From Peptococcaceae bacterium UBA6096 (GTDB lineage: Bacteria; Bacillota; Peptococcia; DRI-13; UBA5745): a stretch of 64,000 nt of DNA. Under the pieces are notes generated by a model. That model searched no databases and was not told the DNA's origin. It saw only the letters and a list, made by a program, of their open reading frames with translations. The position numbers and the translations under genes are program-made. Shown piece after piece: positions 44,812-54,903 of this stretch. Location of the stretch: assembly GCA_002435905.1 (NCBI GenBank), contig DIWW01000016.1:8389-72388 (forward strand), read 5' to 3'. How positions within the stretch are numbered: the stretch's first letter is position 1; each line of letters starts with the position of its first letter.

Positions 44812-44933
44812 GGGACGGTGACTTTTTGCGCGCCTCGCACAGAAGGGGACAGAGCAAAAAGTGAATAAATCCCGGGGTTTCTTTGCTTTGCTCTGTCCCT
44901 AATCTGCGTCCGCCGCAAAAAGTCACCGTCCCC
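44812..44933. repeat. 122-nt two-tier inverted repeat (19-bp + 13-bp perfect helices) immediately after secF; probable terminator or REP/MITE-like element
   Basis: GGGACGGTGACTTTTTGCG (44812-44830) pairs with 44914-44932. GGGACAGAGCAAA (44846-44858) pairs with 44887-44899. Confidence 0.6.
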
Positions 44934-44947
44934 TAAAAGGTAAAATG

Positions 44948-45886
44948 TTAAGCCTTGGCTGTTTTTCTTGCTTTGCTGAGATCAGCTTTGCGATTCTGCC
45001 ACATGGTCCACAGGGGGCCTGCAATGCAGATGGTGGAGTAGCAGCCGGAGATCGTGCCGAACATCATGGGCAGGGCAAACCGGCGGATGGATTCGATGTC
45101 ATAAATCTGAGCAAAGATATAAACGATGGTGATGCTCAGGAAAACTGCTACGTTGGTGTTGATGGAGCGGGACATGGACTGGTTGATGCTGATATCCACC
45201 AATTCTTCCATGGAGACCTTCTTGCTCATCAGGCGCTCGTTTTCCCGGATCCGGTCGTAAATAACGATGGTATCGTTGATGGAGAAACCGATGATGGTCA
45301 GCATGGCCGCGATATAGGAGTCGTTTAAGGGAATTTTGAAAACAATGAAGGTCGCTGTCACAATGAGGGCGTCATGGATCAAGGCCACAATGGCCATGGC
45401 GCCGGCAGACAGACCGCCGATGTTTCTGAAGCGAATGCCCACATACAGCATGATCAGCAGGAAGGAAAGGCCGATGGCAAACAGGCCGTTTCTAAAGAAC
45501 TTCGCGCCGATAAAAGGCTCAACCGTCAAGGACTCGGCCAGTGCCAGCTTGGAATCCGGATAAGCCGTCAGGATCGTGGCAGTAATGATCTCTTGATCCT
45601 GGGTCGTAATGGCCTCGTTGCTTGCTAAACTCACGGTGATCTTCTGCTCGTCTTTCGCCATGTTGGACTCCAGCAGACAATCGGTGGGTCTTCCGATGGC
45701 TTCTTCGATCAAATCGCCGGTTTTCTCAGCGTCGATGGTGCCTTCGTAGGTATATTTCAGAATCGTGCCGCCTCTGAACTGGATATCCAGCTGGATACCG
45801 TTCACAAACATAGCCACGACCCCCAATAGGATCAAGGCAATGGAGATGGCGAAATAGGTCTTTCTATGCTGATAAAATCTGATCAT
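44948..45886 (-). CDS. secF: Protein translocase subunit SecF
   Basis: 312-aa polytopic protein with a SecF-like sequence. Overlaps the secD stop by 4 nt. Confidence 0.9.
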   Translation of the reverse strand: MIRFYQHRKTYFAISIALILLGVVAMFVNGIQLDIQFRGGTILKYTYEGTIDAEKTGDLIEEAIGRPTDCLLESNMAKDEQKITVSLASNEAITTQDQEIITATILTAYPDSKLALAESLTVEPFIGAKFFRNGLFAIGLSFLLIMLYVGIRFRNIGGLSAGAMAIVALIHDALIVTATFIVFKIPLNDSYIAAMLTIIGFSINDTIVIYDRIRENERLMSKKVSMEELVDISINQSMSRSINTNVAVFLSITIVYIFAQIYDIESIRRFALPMMFGTISGCYSTICIAGPLWTMWQNRKADLSKARKTAKA

Positions 45887-47151
45887 TTGACGATCCCCCT
45901 TGCACCGAAATATTGCGGCTTGCGCAGTTGATTGAAATCACTCAAAGAGCGGATCATGAGCCGAGAGGCCGTCACGCCGGCGATGAAGTTCATAATGACG
46001 CCGCACAGGAGCGTGTAGCCGAATGACAGCGTAGAGCCGGAGCCAAAGATGATCAGCATGATGGCAACAATGATCACGGTGATGTTGCCGTCGAAGACGG
46101 AGGAAAAGGCTTTGTCGAAACCGGCGTCGATGGCGCCCCACAAAGTCTTTCCGGCGTTCAATTCTTCTTTGATACGCTCGGCTACGATCACGTTGGCGTC
46201 CACACCCATCCCGATGGACAGGATGACGCCGGCAATACCGGGCAGGGTCAGGGTGAACTGCGGAACGGATAAAGCCAGCAGCTGACCGGCGACCTGCAGC
46301 ATCAGGGCGATGCATGCCACCAGGCCGGGCAGGCGATAATAGAGCAGCATGAACAGGCAGATCAGGCCAAAGGCCACTTTGCCGGCAAGCACCATGATGG
46401 TCAGAGCGCTGCTGCCCAGGGTGGGGCTGATGATGTTGGAGTTTTTGGCGACCAGGGAGAAGGGCAAAGCGCCGGAGTTGATTTGGTCAGAGAGGGCTTT
46501 GGCAGATTCCAGGCTTTCCATGTTGGTGATGTTGGCCATTCCGCCGGTGATCTTCTCTTCAACGGTGGGTGCGGAAATCAAGGTGTCATCCATAAAGATG
46601 GCGATCCTCTGTCCCACCAGCTTGCCGGTGGCTTCTTCGAATTTCTTGGCGCCCTCACTGGATAATTCAAGAATTACGATGGGTTGTTGGTTCTGGGGAC
46701 TGAGCTGGGCATAGGTATTGGCAACATCGGTGCCCTCCAGGACCACATTGTCTTCCGGATCCCTGAAGGTCAGCTTGGCAGTTTGGCCAAGCTCCGACAC
46801 GGCTTTCTGGGGATCGAAATCCGCTTCATCGGATTTCCAGGGAAAACGCACGATGATCTTGCCGTTGCTCTTGTCGATGGTCACATCACGGTCTGTGATG
46901 TTGGCCGCGTCCATACGGGTCTCAATGATGGCCTTGGCTGATTCAAGTTCGCTAACGGTGGGCACCCGATCCAGATCCTTGGGTTCGTAGGTGGCCTCCA
47001 CACCGCCGCGGATATCGATGCCGTAACGCATCAAGCCGGCGCCTTTGATTTCAAAATCACCGATCTTCAGGCCGAATACAGCCAGCAGCATCAAGGCTGC
47101 TGTGATAAATGCTACAATAAAGAACATGTATTTCGAACGAAAAAATTGCAT
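45883..47151 (-). CDS. secD: Protein translocase subunit SecD
   Basis: 422 aa with a large periplasmic loop and 6 TM segments. SecD-like. Confidence 0.9.
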   Translation of the reverse strand: MQFFRSKYMFFIVAFITAALMLLAVFGLKIGDFEIKGAGLMRYGIDIRGGVEATYEPKDLDRVPTVSELESAKAIIETRMDAANITDRDVTIDKSNGKIIVRFPWKSDEADFDPQKAVSELGQTAKLTFRDPEDNVVLEGTDVANTYAQLSPQNQQPIVILELSSEGAKKFEEATGKLVGQRIAIFMDDTLISAPTVEEKITGGMANITNMESLESAKALSDQINSGALPFSLVAKNSNIISPTLGSSALTIMVLAGKVAFGLICLFMLLYYRLPGLVACIALMLQVAGQLLALSVPQFTLTLPGIAGVILSIGMGVDANVIVAERIKEELNAGKTLWGAIDAGFDKAFSSVFDGNITVIIVAIMLIIFGSGSTLSFGYTLLCGVIMNFIAGVTASRLMIRSLSDFNQLRKPQYFGARGIVK

Positions 47152-47208
47152 TGATAATTCCCTCCATTTTGTTTTCTATGGTCCACACCGGATTCTCCGC
47201 CGGCACCG

Positions 47209-47625
47209 TCACTTCATGCCGTCTTTTTTATGGAGGTGGCTTACGATCCGGCTGCAGGCCGGTTCGAGGTTGATAACCTCTGAAGCCTTGATATAACAGA
47301 CCAGCCACGCTGCCATGGTTAAGGAGAGCAGGCTGAAGTCAGAAGATCCGTGTTTTGCCCGGGTTCCCCGTGACAAACCGCCTTGAGAAAGGCTTGCCGC
47401 CGGGAAAGCCTCCCGGAATTCCAAACGATCGAACCAATCATAGATCAGGCTTTTCATCGAAGATGGATAGGCGGCGTTTCCATGATCAGCAGCCTGGGCT
47501 GCCAGCACATCCTTCAAAAGGCTGTGATCCGGGGAAAGTACGGTATGATCAACCACTGCACCAAGGATCAATAGGCACAAAAGGAGACCTGTGAGCATGC
47601 ATCGGCGATTGATCTTGATCTGCAT
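47209..47625 (-). CDS. Hypothetical membrane-anchored protein
   Basis: MQIKINRRCMLTGLLLCLLILGAVV is a signal or anchor sequence. AGGAGG RBS lies 10 nt upstream of M21. Confidence 0.5.
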   Translation of the reverse strand: MQIKINRRCMLTGLLLCLLILGAVVDHTVLSPDHSLLKDVLAAQAADHGNAAYPSSMKSLIYDWFDRLEFREAFPAASLSQGGLSRGTRAKHGSSDFSLLSLTMAAWLVCYIKASEVINLEPACSRIVSHLHKKDGMK

Positions 47626-47693
47626 CTTCCACAGTCCTCCTTTCATTTCACGCCTCGGTCCGCCGGGCCCTGCTGAATTTGCCATACTTGGTA

Positions 47694-47722
47694 ATTATAG
47701 ATAGATTGATATCTGATGTCAA
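47694..47722 (-). promoter_or_regulatory. Consensus sigma-A promoter TTGACA-17 nt-TATAAT
   Basis: Both hexamers match exactly, with a 17-nt spacer, on the minus strand upstream of the 47209-47625 gene. Confidence 0.65.
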
Positions 47723-47829
47723 TCCTCTCCAAGCCTGGAATGGCAACAAAAAAGAGCCCTGCTGAAGCTTCAAAGCTTTAACGGGCCCCTTCGATATGTG
47801 AAACGCTCCGCCGCACCCCGCGGCGGTCA

Positions 47830-49077
47830 CTAAAACTTTCTTGTGAACAGGTCGCTGTGCTCCAGCAAGCTTTCCACCGTATCGAAACCCAGCTGATGCA
47901 GCATTTCCGTGACATTGGGATTTTCCACCGGTGTTGCGTAGATGGCTTCATTGCCATAGGTTTCCACATTTTCTCTTCCGAGACTTCGGTCTATGATGGC
48001 CTTGGGCCCTCCGACACAGCCCCCCACGCAGCCCATGCCTTCGAAAAAGTTTGCCGTGGTCTTGCCGGCCAACAGGTCATTGAGCATGGCCTTGCAGGCA
48101 ACGACCCCATCGGCCTGCTGGGTCCGGATCTGGATGGTGCGCTGGGGGTTCAGATGCTCCACCGTTCGCTTCACCGCTTCACTGACGCCGCCGTTGCGTG
48201 CATAAATCCTGCCGGCCCGGGAGGAATGATCGCTTTCGCTTTCCTCCAGGGAGACCGGGTCAATCTCCATGGCATCGAAAATATCCTGCACCTCCTGAAA
48301 GGTCAGGACAAAATCCACCGCGCCGGCCAGATCCGCCTCCCTGGCTTCTGATTTTTTGGCGATGCAGGGCCCGATGAAGACCGTGACGGCTTCCGGATGC
48401 ATTGATTTGATCATCCGACCGCTGGCGATCATGGGGGACACGGAGCCGGGAACATAAGGCATCAGCTGGTGGTACACCTTGCGGATCATGGCGATCCACA
48501 TAGGACAGCAGCAGCTGGTCAGCTGATAGTCCGATTCTTTTTGGATGTTGCGGTCAAATTCCAGGGCTTCCTTGAGGGTCAGGATGTCGGCAAACAAAGC
48601 CACTTCCACCATGCCGTAAAAGCCGACACGCTTCAGCGCTGTTCTCAGTCTGCCCGGTGTGACCTCAGGCCCGAATTGGCCGTAAAAAGCCGGGGCCACC
48701 AAGGCATAAACCAGATTTTCACCAGAACAGATCGCATTCAAGGCTGGAATGATATCCTTGCTGGCCATGAGCTTTTGGGCATGACAGCGGTCGATGCAGA
48801 TACCGCAGCCTACACAAAGGGTGTTGTCAATGGCGATGCTTCCATCCTTGCCCGGCCGGACAGCTTCAAAATCACAGCCTGCCGCGCAGCGGTCCTGTTC
48901 CTCCGGCGAGCAGTCACAGTTTCCCAGGCGCCAGACCAGAGGATGCTGCTGCGGCCGCAGAAGGCAGTCCAGCTGGACCGCGGCTTCGCCCTCTGCCTTG
49001 ATCGCTATGGAGCCGCCGCCCTTGCTTTGGATCGTATCCTTGACCAGCCGCCGATACAATTCTTGAAACGTCGTCAT
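47830..49077 (-). CDS. [FeFe]-hydrogenase-like protein (4Fe-4S ferredoxin-type domain + H-cluster domain)
   Basis: CVGCGICIDRC ferredoxin motif. H-cluster motifs TSCCCPMW, GPCIAKKSE and MGCVGGCVGGP. Confidence 0.8.
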   Translation of the reverse strand: MTTFQELYRRLVKDTIQSKGGGSIAIKAEGEAAVQLDCLLRPQQHPLVWRLGNCDCSPEEQDRCAAGCDFEAVRPGKDGSIAIDNTLCVGCGICIDRCHAQKLMASKDIIPALNAICSGENLVYALVAPAFYGQFGPEVTPGRLRTALKRVGFYGMVEVALFADILTLKEALEFDRNIQKESDYQLTSCCCPMWIAMIRKVYHQLMPYVPGSVSPMIASGRMIKSMHPEAVTVFIGPCIAKKSEAREADLAGAVDFVLTFQEVQDIFDAMEIDPVSLEESESDHSSRAGRIYARNGGVSEAVKRTVEHLNPQRTIQIRTQQADGVVACKAMLNDLLAGKTTANFFEGMGCVGGCVGGPKAIIDRSLGRENVETYGNEAIYATPVENPNVTEMLHQLGFDTVESLLEHSDLFTRKF

Positions 49078-49134
49078 GAGGGTCCCTCGCCTTTCTCTTG
49101 AAGCATCAGGTTCTTTTGACTGGGCAGCTGTGAG

Positions 49135-49512
49135 CTATTTGTCCTGGTCTGCGCTGCCCTGGGGAAAGACCTCGTCATGAGGAAGCTGCGGCGCATCGGC
49201 CCAAAGCCGCTCTAAATTGTAGAAACTCCGCTCGTCTTCCTGGAAGATGTGGATGATGACCGCGCCAAAATCCAGCAGGATCCAACGGCCTTCCTGAAAT
49301 CCTTCCACCCGGCTGATGGTAAAGCCGGCATCCTCAAGGGCATCTCTGACCGCATCGGCCAAGGCTTGGGTCTGCGCACGGCTGTTGCCTGTACCGACAA
49401 CGAAATAATCCGTGATCACGGTCAGGTCTTCCAATTTAAGCACGGTGATCTTGGATCCTTTTTTTGCATCCATGGAACGGGCGGCCAAGATGGCCATTTC
49501 TTTACTGTTCAT
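49135..49512 (-). CDS. rsfS: Ribosome silencing factor
   Basis: Sequence typical of RsfS/Iojap (DYFVVGTGNSRAQ, WILLDFGAVIIHIF). Confidence 0.9.
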   Translation of the reverse strand: MNSKEMAILAARSMDAKKGSKITVLKLEDLTVITDYFVVGTGNSRAQTQALADAVRDALEDAGFTISRVEGFQEGRWILLDFGAVIIHIFQEDERSFYNLERLWADAPQLPHDEVFPQGSADQDK

Positions 49513-50183
49513 GAGGGTCTCCTTTCAAAGTCGACACATTTTTTGTTCGCTTCGGGATGGTTTGTTTGATATTCGAATTCAGTCTCCGCCAGCCATTGCC
49601 GGCAGGCCACCATACCTTGGTGGACCGGTACTTTTTTTCGATCCAGAAAGATGAAGGTCTGGTCGATGGATTCCAGCATGGCGACCTTCAGATCAATCAG
49701 CGCCAGGGCCCGCAGCTCGGCGATTCCCTGATAGCTGCGGCCAGGCTCGATCAGATCCGCCAGAAAAACGATGCAGGCTTCGATGCTCATATGGGGCGCG
49801 GCCGTGGTATGATAACGGATCGATTCCAGAACGATGGGGTCTTTAACACCCCATTGGGTTTCCGCCATCCAGGCCGCCACCGGTCCATGCAGGATCGAAG
49901 GGTTCTCTTGCTCTGCCGGGTCCGTGATCATACCTTGTTCTTCGGCGATGGCCAAAAGCTGGCGGTCCTTCATTTCCTTGGCACTGTCATGAAGCAAGCC
50001 GGCCAAGGCGATTTTTACAGGATCGCCGCCATAGAGCCGGCTTAAGGCCACCCCGGTCTCCGCCACCTTCAGACTGTGCTCCAATCGTTTGGCGCTCAGC
50101 TGCCGGGTCATGAGTTCCAGGTAATAAGGCCACTTGGGATCGTAATCTTCAGGGCTCATGATGAAATCCTGCAATTCAGTCAT
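49509..50183 (-). CDS. yqeK: HD-domain bis(5'-nucleosyl)-tetraphosphatase YqeK
   Basis: RLEHSLKVA...LLHDSAKE HD motif. Conserved nadD-yqeK-rsfS order. Confidence 0.85.
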   Translation of the reverse strand: MTELQDFIMSPEDYDPKWPYYLELMTRQLSAKRLEHSLKVAETGVALSRLYGGDPVKIALAGLLHDSAKEMKDRQLLAIAEEQGMITDPAEQENPSILHGPVAAWMAETQWGVKDPIVLESIRYHTTAAPHMSIEACIVFLADLIEPGRSYQGIAELRALALIDLKVAMLESIDQTFIFLDRKKVPVHQGMVACRQWLAETEFEYQTNHPEANKKCVDFERRPS

Positions 50184-50854
50184 TCATTGTCACCTATTGT
50201 CTGATATAAATCATTTTTATAAATATAAACCTCGACAGATTCCGGCAGGAGATACTTGATGGTCCTTCCTTCGGCCACCCTGCGGCGGATATCCGTGGAA
50301 GAAATCGCCATGGCCGTGACCTCGATGGGGATGATTTTCTTGAGGTATTCTGGCTTCAGGTGTTTTTTGACGTTCCGCTCCATTTCGGATAGATTGTAGC
50401 CGGGGCGCGTCGCCGCAATGAAGGTGCAGTTCTCAAAAAGGCGGTCCACGTCTTTCCATGTGATGATCTCCAGGATCGCATCGGCGCCGGTGATAAAATA
50501 AATCTCGCTGTCTGACCGTAAAAGCTCCCGGAAATACATGACGGTATCGATGGCGTAGGAGGCCCCCGGCCGGCTGATCTCAACACGGGATACTTCAAAA
50601 TACGGATTGGTCACTGTGGCCAGCTCCGTCATGAGATACCTTTTTTCTTTGGAGGTAATGGGTTGGCCGGCTTTATGGGGCGGCTGCCCGGAAGGAACAA
50701 AAACCACTTTGTCCAGTTCAAAACAGGAGCGGACTGCTTCCGCGGTGACCAAGTGTCCTTGGTGGATCGGATCGAAGGTCCCTCCCATGAGGCCCATGCG
50801 TTTGACGTTGCTGAGATGAAGTTCTTCATGGCTAAAGGCCAGGTCTTCGCTCAT
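50180..50854 (-). CDS. nadD: Nicotinate-nucleotide adenylyltransferase
   Basis: GGTFDPIHQGH motif. The start may instead be M20 (50797). Confidence 0.9.
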   Translation of the reverse strand: MSEDLAFSHEELHLSNVKRMGLMGGTFDPIHQGHLVTAEAVRSCFELDKVVFVPSGQPPHKAGQPITSKEKRYLMTELATVTNPYFEVSRVEISRPGASYAIDTVMYFRELLRSDSEIYFITGADAILEIITWKDVDRLFENCTFIAATRPGYNLSEMERNVKKHLKPEYLKKIIPIEVTAMAISSTDIRRRVAEGRTIKYLLPESVEVYIYKNDLYQTIGDNE

Positions 50855-50858
50855 GGTT

Positions 50859-52112
50859 TTATCCTCTCACTTGTCCGTTTCCGCGGATAATATACTTGAT
50901 GGTGGTCATTTCCTTGAGGCCCATGGGACCCCGGGCATGCAGCTTCTGGGTGCTGATGCCCATTTCGGCGCCGAATCCGAATTGGCCGCCGTCCGTAAAA
51001 CGGGTGGAGGCGTTCACATACACCGCCGCCGCGTCCACCTGGGCTGTAAAGCGCTGGGCGTTGGCATAGTTGTTGGTCACAATCGCTTCTGAGTGTTTTG
51101 TGCCGTAACGATTGATATGCTCGATGGCTTCTTCCAGGCTGTCTACCACTTTCACCGCCAGGATCAAATCCAGGAACTCGGTTTCATAATCGGTTTCCGT
51201 GGCCTCCAGGATGTCCGGGATCCAACGGCAGGTCTCGGGACAGCCCCGGAGCTGGACCCCTTTATCCATCAGCGCCCGGCCGGCCAGGGGCAAAAAGGCC
51301 TCGGCAGCCTCGCGATGCACCAGCAGCGTTTCCGCCGCGTTGCAGACTCCGGTGCGCTGGGTTTTCGCGTTGATTATAATGTCGCAGGCCATTTGCAGGT
51401 CCGCAACCGCATCCACATAAATATGGCAGTTGCCGGTGCCGGTCTCAATCACCGGGACGGTGGCGTTCTCCAGGACAGATCGGATCAGGCCGGCGCCGCC
51501 CCGGGGGATCAGCACGTCCAGATATTGGTTCATGCGCATCATTGCGGAAGCTGCTTCCCGGCTGGTGTCCTCCACCAGCTGGATGGCTCCGGCGGGCATG
51601 CCGGCGCGTTCTCCTGCTTCCCGCAAAACATGAACGATGGCCCGGTTGGATTCCAGGGCATCACTGCTGCCCCGCAGCAGCACGCTGTTGCCGGTCTTCA
51701 GGCAAATGCCCGCAGCGTCCGCAGTCACGTTGGGCCGGGCCTCATAGATAATGCCCACAACGCCCAAAGGGACCCGGACCTTGTTGATTTCGATATCTTT
51801 AGCGCCTTTCCAGCCGGCTTCCACCTCGCCCACCGGATCCTTCAGGTCCACCAGGTCCAGCAAACCCTTGGCCATGTCTTCGATCCGGTCCTGGTTCAGT
51901 CCCAGCCGGTCAATGAAGGCATTGGCGGCTCCTTTTTCTCTGGCAGCGGCCACATCCCTGCCGTTGCATTCGATGATGTAGCCGCTGCGGTCTTTCAGTG
52001 CTTTGGCCAAGGCTTTCAATATCTCATTTTTTTGAACGGCGCTCATCTGGCCCAAAATATAGGCGCTTTCTTTGGCTGTTTTTCCTTGTTCCAAGAGTGT
52101 TTCCTTCGTCAT
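50859..52112 (-). CDS. proA: Glutamate-5-semialdehyde dehydrogenase
   Basis: 417-aa sequence typical of ProA (TGVCNAAETLLVH). Confidence 0.9.
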   Translation of the reverse strand: MTKETLLEQGKTAKESAYILGQMSAVQKNEILKALAKALKDRSGYIIECNGRDVAAAREKGAANAFIDRLGLNQDRIEDMAKGLLDLVDLKDPVGEVEAGWKGAKDIEINKVRVPLGVVGIIYEARPNVTADAAGICLKTGNSVLLRGSSDALESNRAIVHVLREAGERAGMPAGAIQLVEDTSREAASAMMRMNQYLDVLIPRGGAGLIRSVLENATVPVIETGTGNCHIYVDAVADLQMACDIIINAKTQRTGVCNAAETLLVHREAAEAFLPLAGRALMDKGVQLRGCPETCRWIPDILEATETDYETEFLDLILAVKVVDSLEEAIEHINRYGTKHSEAIVTNNYANAQRFTAQVDAAAVYVNASTRFTDGGQFGFGAEMGISTQKLHARGPMGLKEMTTIKYIIRGNGQVRG

Positions 52113-52122
52113 AATTGCCTCC

Positions 52123-53256
52123 TCAAAGCCATAGGGACAGGTTGTCCCGGTGGATGACCTCTACTTCGTGTCCTTGTCCAAGAATGGAATCGATTTCATG
52201 GCTGTGCCGTCCCATGATCCGGACAATGTCTCCATCACTGTAATTGACAATGCCCCGGGCAATCACACGCCCCTCCGACAGGACTTCAACAACAGCCCCT
52301 CGGGTAAACTTGCCCTCCACCTGGGAAATGCCTTTGGGAAGAAGGCTCTTGCCATTCTTCACAATGGCCTCCGCCGCGCCCTTGTCCACGGTCAGGCTCC
52401 CTGCCCGCCGGGTGCTGAAGGCCAGCCAGCCTTTCCGGCTGCCTAAGGGATGCTGTTTCGCAAGGAAGAGCGTCCCCTTCCCTGGAGTGCCGTTTAAAAA
52501 CTGCAGGCAATCCGATGCGGCGCCATTGGTCAGAACCATGGGGATCCCTTGGGTCACAGCGATCCTTGCTGCCGCGATTTTCGTCTGCATGCCGCCGCTG
52601 CCAAATTTCGATCCCGGATCCCCAGCCAGGGCCTCGATCTCCGGAGTGATCTCTTCCACCAAGGGAATCAGCCGGGCATCGGCTTCTTTTCGGGGATCGG
52701 CCGTGTACAAGCCATCGATGTCCGACAAGAGGACCAAAAGATCCGCATCCACCAACCCAGCCACCATGGCAGCCAGGGTATCGTTATCGCCGACCTTGAT
52801 CTCATCAAAGGTCACCGTGTCATTCTCATTGATGATCGGCACTGCCCCATATTGGATGATTTTTTTTAAGGTATTGCGGGCATTCAGGTAGCGGCTGCGA
52901 TCCGCCACGTCATCCTTGGTCAGCAATACCTGGGCCACTGCGGTGCCATATTCGCTGAAGAGCTTTTCGTAGGTCTGCATGAGGATGCCTTGTCCGATGG
53001 CAGCCAGCGCCTGTTTGGCGGGGATCTCTTTGGGCCGCTGCCGGATCCCCAATCGGCCCATGCCGGCGCCGATGGCGGCGGAAGTCACCAGAATGACCTC
53101 ACGGTCCTGGTTTTTCAAATCCGCCAGCTGACGGACCAAATGCTCCATCCGCATCAAATTCAGGTTGCCGGTCTCATGGGTCAGCGTGGAGGTGCCCACC
53201 TTGACCACGATGCATTTTGCATTTCTAAGCTGCTGCCATGCGGTTGCTTTGTCCAT
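52123..53256 (-). CDS. proB: Glutamate 5-kinase with PUA domain
   Basis: VVKVGTSTLT and VTSAAIGAG motifs. C-terminal PUA domain. A TGGTATAAT extended -10 lies at about 53293-53301 on the minus strand. Confidence 0.9.
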   Translation of the reverse strand: MDKATAWQQLRNAKCIVVKVGTSTLTHETGNLNLMRMEHLVRQLADLKNQDREVILVTSAAIGAGMGRLGIRQRPKEIPAKQALAAIGQGILMQTYEKLFSEYGTAVAQVLLTKDDVADRSRYLNARNTLKKIIQYGAVPIINENDTVTFDEIKVGDNDTLAAMVAGLVDADLLVLLSDIDGLYTADPRKEADARLIPLVEEITPEIEALAGDPGSKFGSGGMQTKIAAARIAVTQGIPMVLTNGAASDCLQFLNGTPGKGTLFLAKQHPLGSRKGWLAFSTRRAGSLTVDKGAAEAIVKNGKSLLPKGISQVEGKFTRGAVVEVLSEGRVIARGIVNYSDGDIVRIMGRHSHEIDSILGQGHEVEVIHRDNLSLWL

Positions 53257-53386
53257 TTTACCCTCCTGCTTATCCGAAAACCATTGCTTTACATTATACC
53301 ATGGATTGAAAAGAAGGGCACACCTTAGAACAGGTATGCCCTCATTCTGATATCTTTGGCCGTCTGCTCACAGACGCTGCTGGATC

Positions 53387-53932
53387 TTAATAATTAGGGT
53401 TCGCTTTCAATTCAAAGAAAGCCTGGGGATGATCGCAGACAGGGCATTTATCCGGCGCCATTTTGCCGAAATGGATATGGCCGCAGTTCCGGCAGAACCA
53501 CACGGTTTCCTCGCCTTTTTGGAAGATGATGCCGTCTTTCAGATTGCCCAACAGCTTGCGGTAACGGGCTTCATGATCTTTTTCGATCTTGCCGACGCCT
53601 TCGAAGAGTTCGGCAATATGATCAAAGCCCTCTTCTTTGGCCTCTTTGGCAAATGTGGCGTACATATCGGTCCATTCGTAGTTTTCGCCGTCTGCGGCGT
53701 CCGCCAGATTGACGACCGTATTGGGGACACATCCGCCGTGGAGCAGCTTGAACCAAATTTTGGCGTGGGCCATTTCGTTGTGGGCTGTTTCTTCAAACAG
53801 GGCGGCCACTTGCTCCATACCCTCTTTGCGGGCTTGGGATGCATAATAGGAGTATTTGTTGCGGGCTTGGCTCTCGCCGGCAAAAGCAGCCTGGAGATTT
53901 GCTTCGGTTTTGGTTCCTTTGATTTCTGTCAT
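53387..53932 (-). CDS. rbr: Rubrerythrin
   Basis: ExxH di-iron motifs plus a C-terminal rubredoxin-like CRNCG...CPVC. Confidence 0.9.
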   Translation of the reverse strand: MTEIKGTKTEANLQAAFAGESQARNKYSYYASQARKEGMEQVAALFEETAHNEMAHAKIWFKLLHGGCVPNTVVNLADAADGENYEWTDMYATFAKEAKEEGFDHIAELFEGVGKIEKDHEARYRKLLGNLKDGIIFQKGEETVWFCRNCGHIHFGKMAPDKCPVCDHPQAFFELKANPNY

Positions 53933-54098
53933 GATGTTTCCCCTTTCGTATATAAATTTCTCTACTGAAAATAAAGAACAAGATCATTCATGATTTTTTC
54001 TTTATTAGTAATATTTTATAATAAAGTTCGGCTTTTTACAACAAGAGAAAACACCCTCCGGGCCCGGAAGGTGCTTGATCTGAACGTCAAAGGCTGTT

Positions 54099-54902
54099 TT
54101 ATGCTTGGTTTTCCCGGGACTCCGGGATCCTGCCGATATTGCGGAACCGTTGATACCGCTGCTCCAGTAAAGTTTCCACAGGCAGCGCTTTCTTTTCGGT
54201 CAATTTTTCGTTCAGTGCGATCATCAGCTGGGCGTAAAGGGTCTTGAAGTTCCCCCTGGGTTCCTTGAAGATGCGTTCGATCACACCAAAGCCTAAAAGA
54301 TCCTCAGCGGTCAGTTTTAATTGTTCGCTGGCGTCTTTGATCTTTGAAGCGTCTTTCCAGAGAATGCTGGCGGCTCCTTCCGGAGAAATGACAGAATACA
54401 CCGAGTTCTCCAGCATCCAGACCTCGTCGGCTACAGCCAGGGCCAAGGCGCCGCCGCTGCCGCCTTCACCGATCACGATGGATAGGATCGGTGTTGCCAG
54501 CGTCGACATTTCCAGAAGATTTTCAGCGATGGCCTGTCCCTGGCCCCGTTCTTCCGCCCCAATCCCGCAGTAAGCGCCGGAGGTGTCCACAAAGCAGATC
54601 ACCGGCCGTTTGAATTTTTCTGCCTGCTTCATCAGGCGCAGGGCTTTACGGTAGCCTTCCGGATGGGCTGAGCCAAAGTTCCGGCTGATCTTGTCCTTCG
54701 TATCATGACCTTTTTCAAGGCCGATCACGGTCACGGGCATTTTCCCCAGACGGGCAACGCCGGCGATGATCGCCTTGTCATCGCCAAAGCACCGGTCCCC
54801 ATGGAATTCGATAAAATCGCTGAACATATTCTGGATATAATCCAAGGCGGTGGGCCGGCCTTTGGCCCGGGCCGCACAAACGCGCTCATAGGCTGTCGTC
54901 AT
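54099..54902 (-). CDS. accA: Acetyl-CoA carboxylase carboxyltransferase subunit alpha
   Basis: Sequence typical of AccA ([18 protein letters not shown]). Confidence 0.9.
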   Translation of the reverse strand: MTTAYERVCAARAKGRPTALDYIQNMFSDFIEFHGDRCFGDDKAIIAGVARLGKMPVTVIGLEKGHDTKDKISRNFGSAHPEGYRKALRLMKQAEKFKRPVICFVDTSGAYCGIGAEERGQGQAIAENLLEMSTLATPILSIVIGEGGSGGALALAVADEVWMLENSVYSVISPEGAASILWKDASKIKDASEQLKLTAEDLLGFGVIERIFKEPRGNFKTLYAQLMIALNEKLTEKKALPVETLLEQRYQRFRNIGRIPESRENQA

Positions 54903-54903
54903 A

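Noticed and set aside
54001-54026. Possible PerR/Fur-type box (TTATAAAATATTACTAA on the minus strand) upstream of rubrerythrin
   Set aside because: Aligned to the TTATAATnATTATAA consensus it matches only about half the positions. AT-rich promoter DNA gives such matches by chance.
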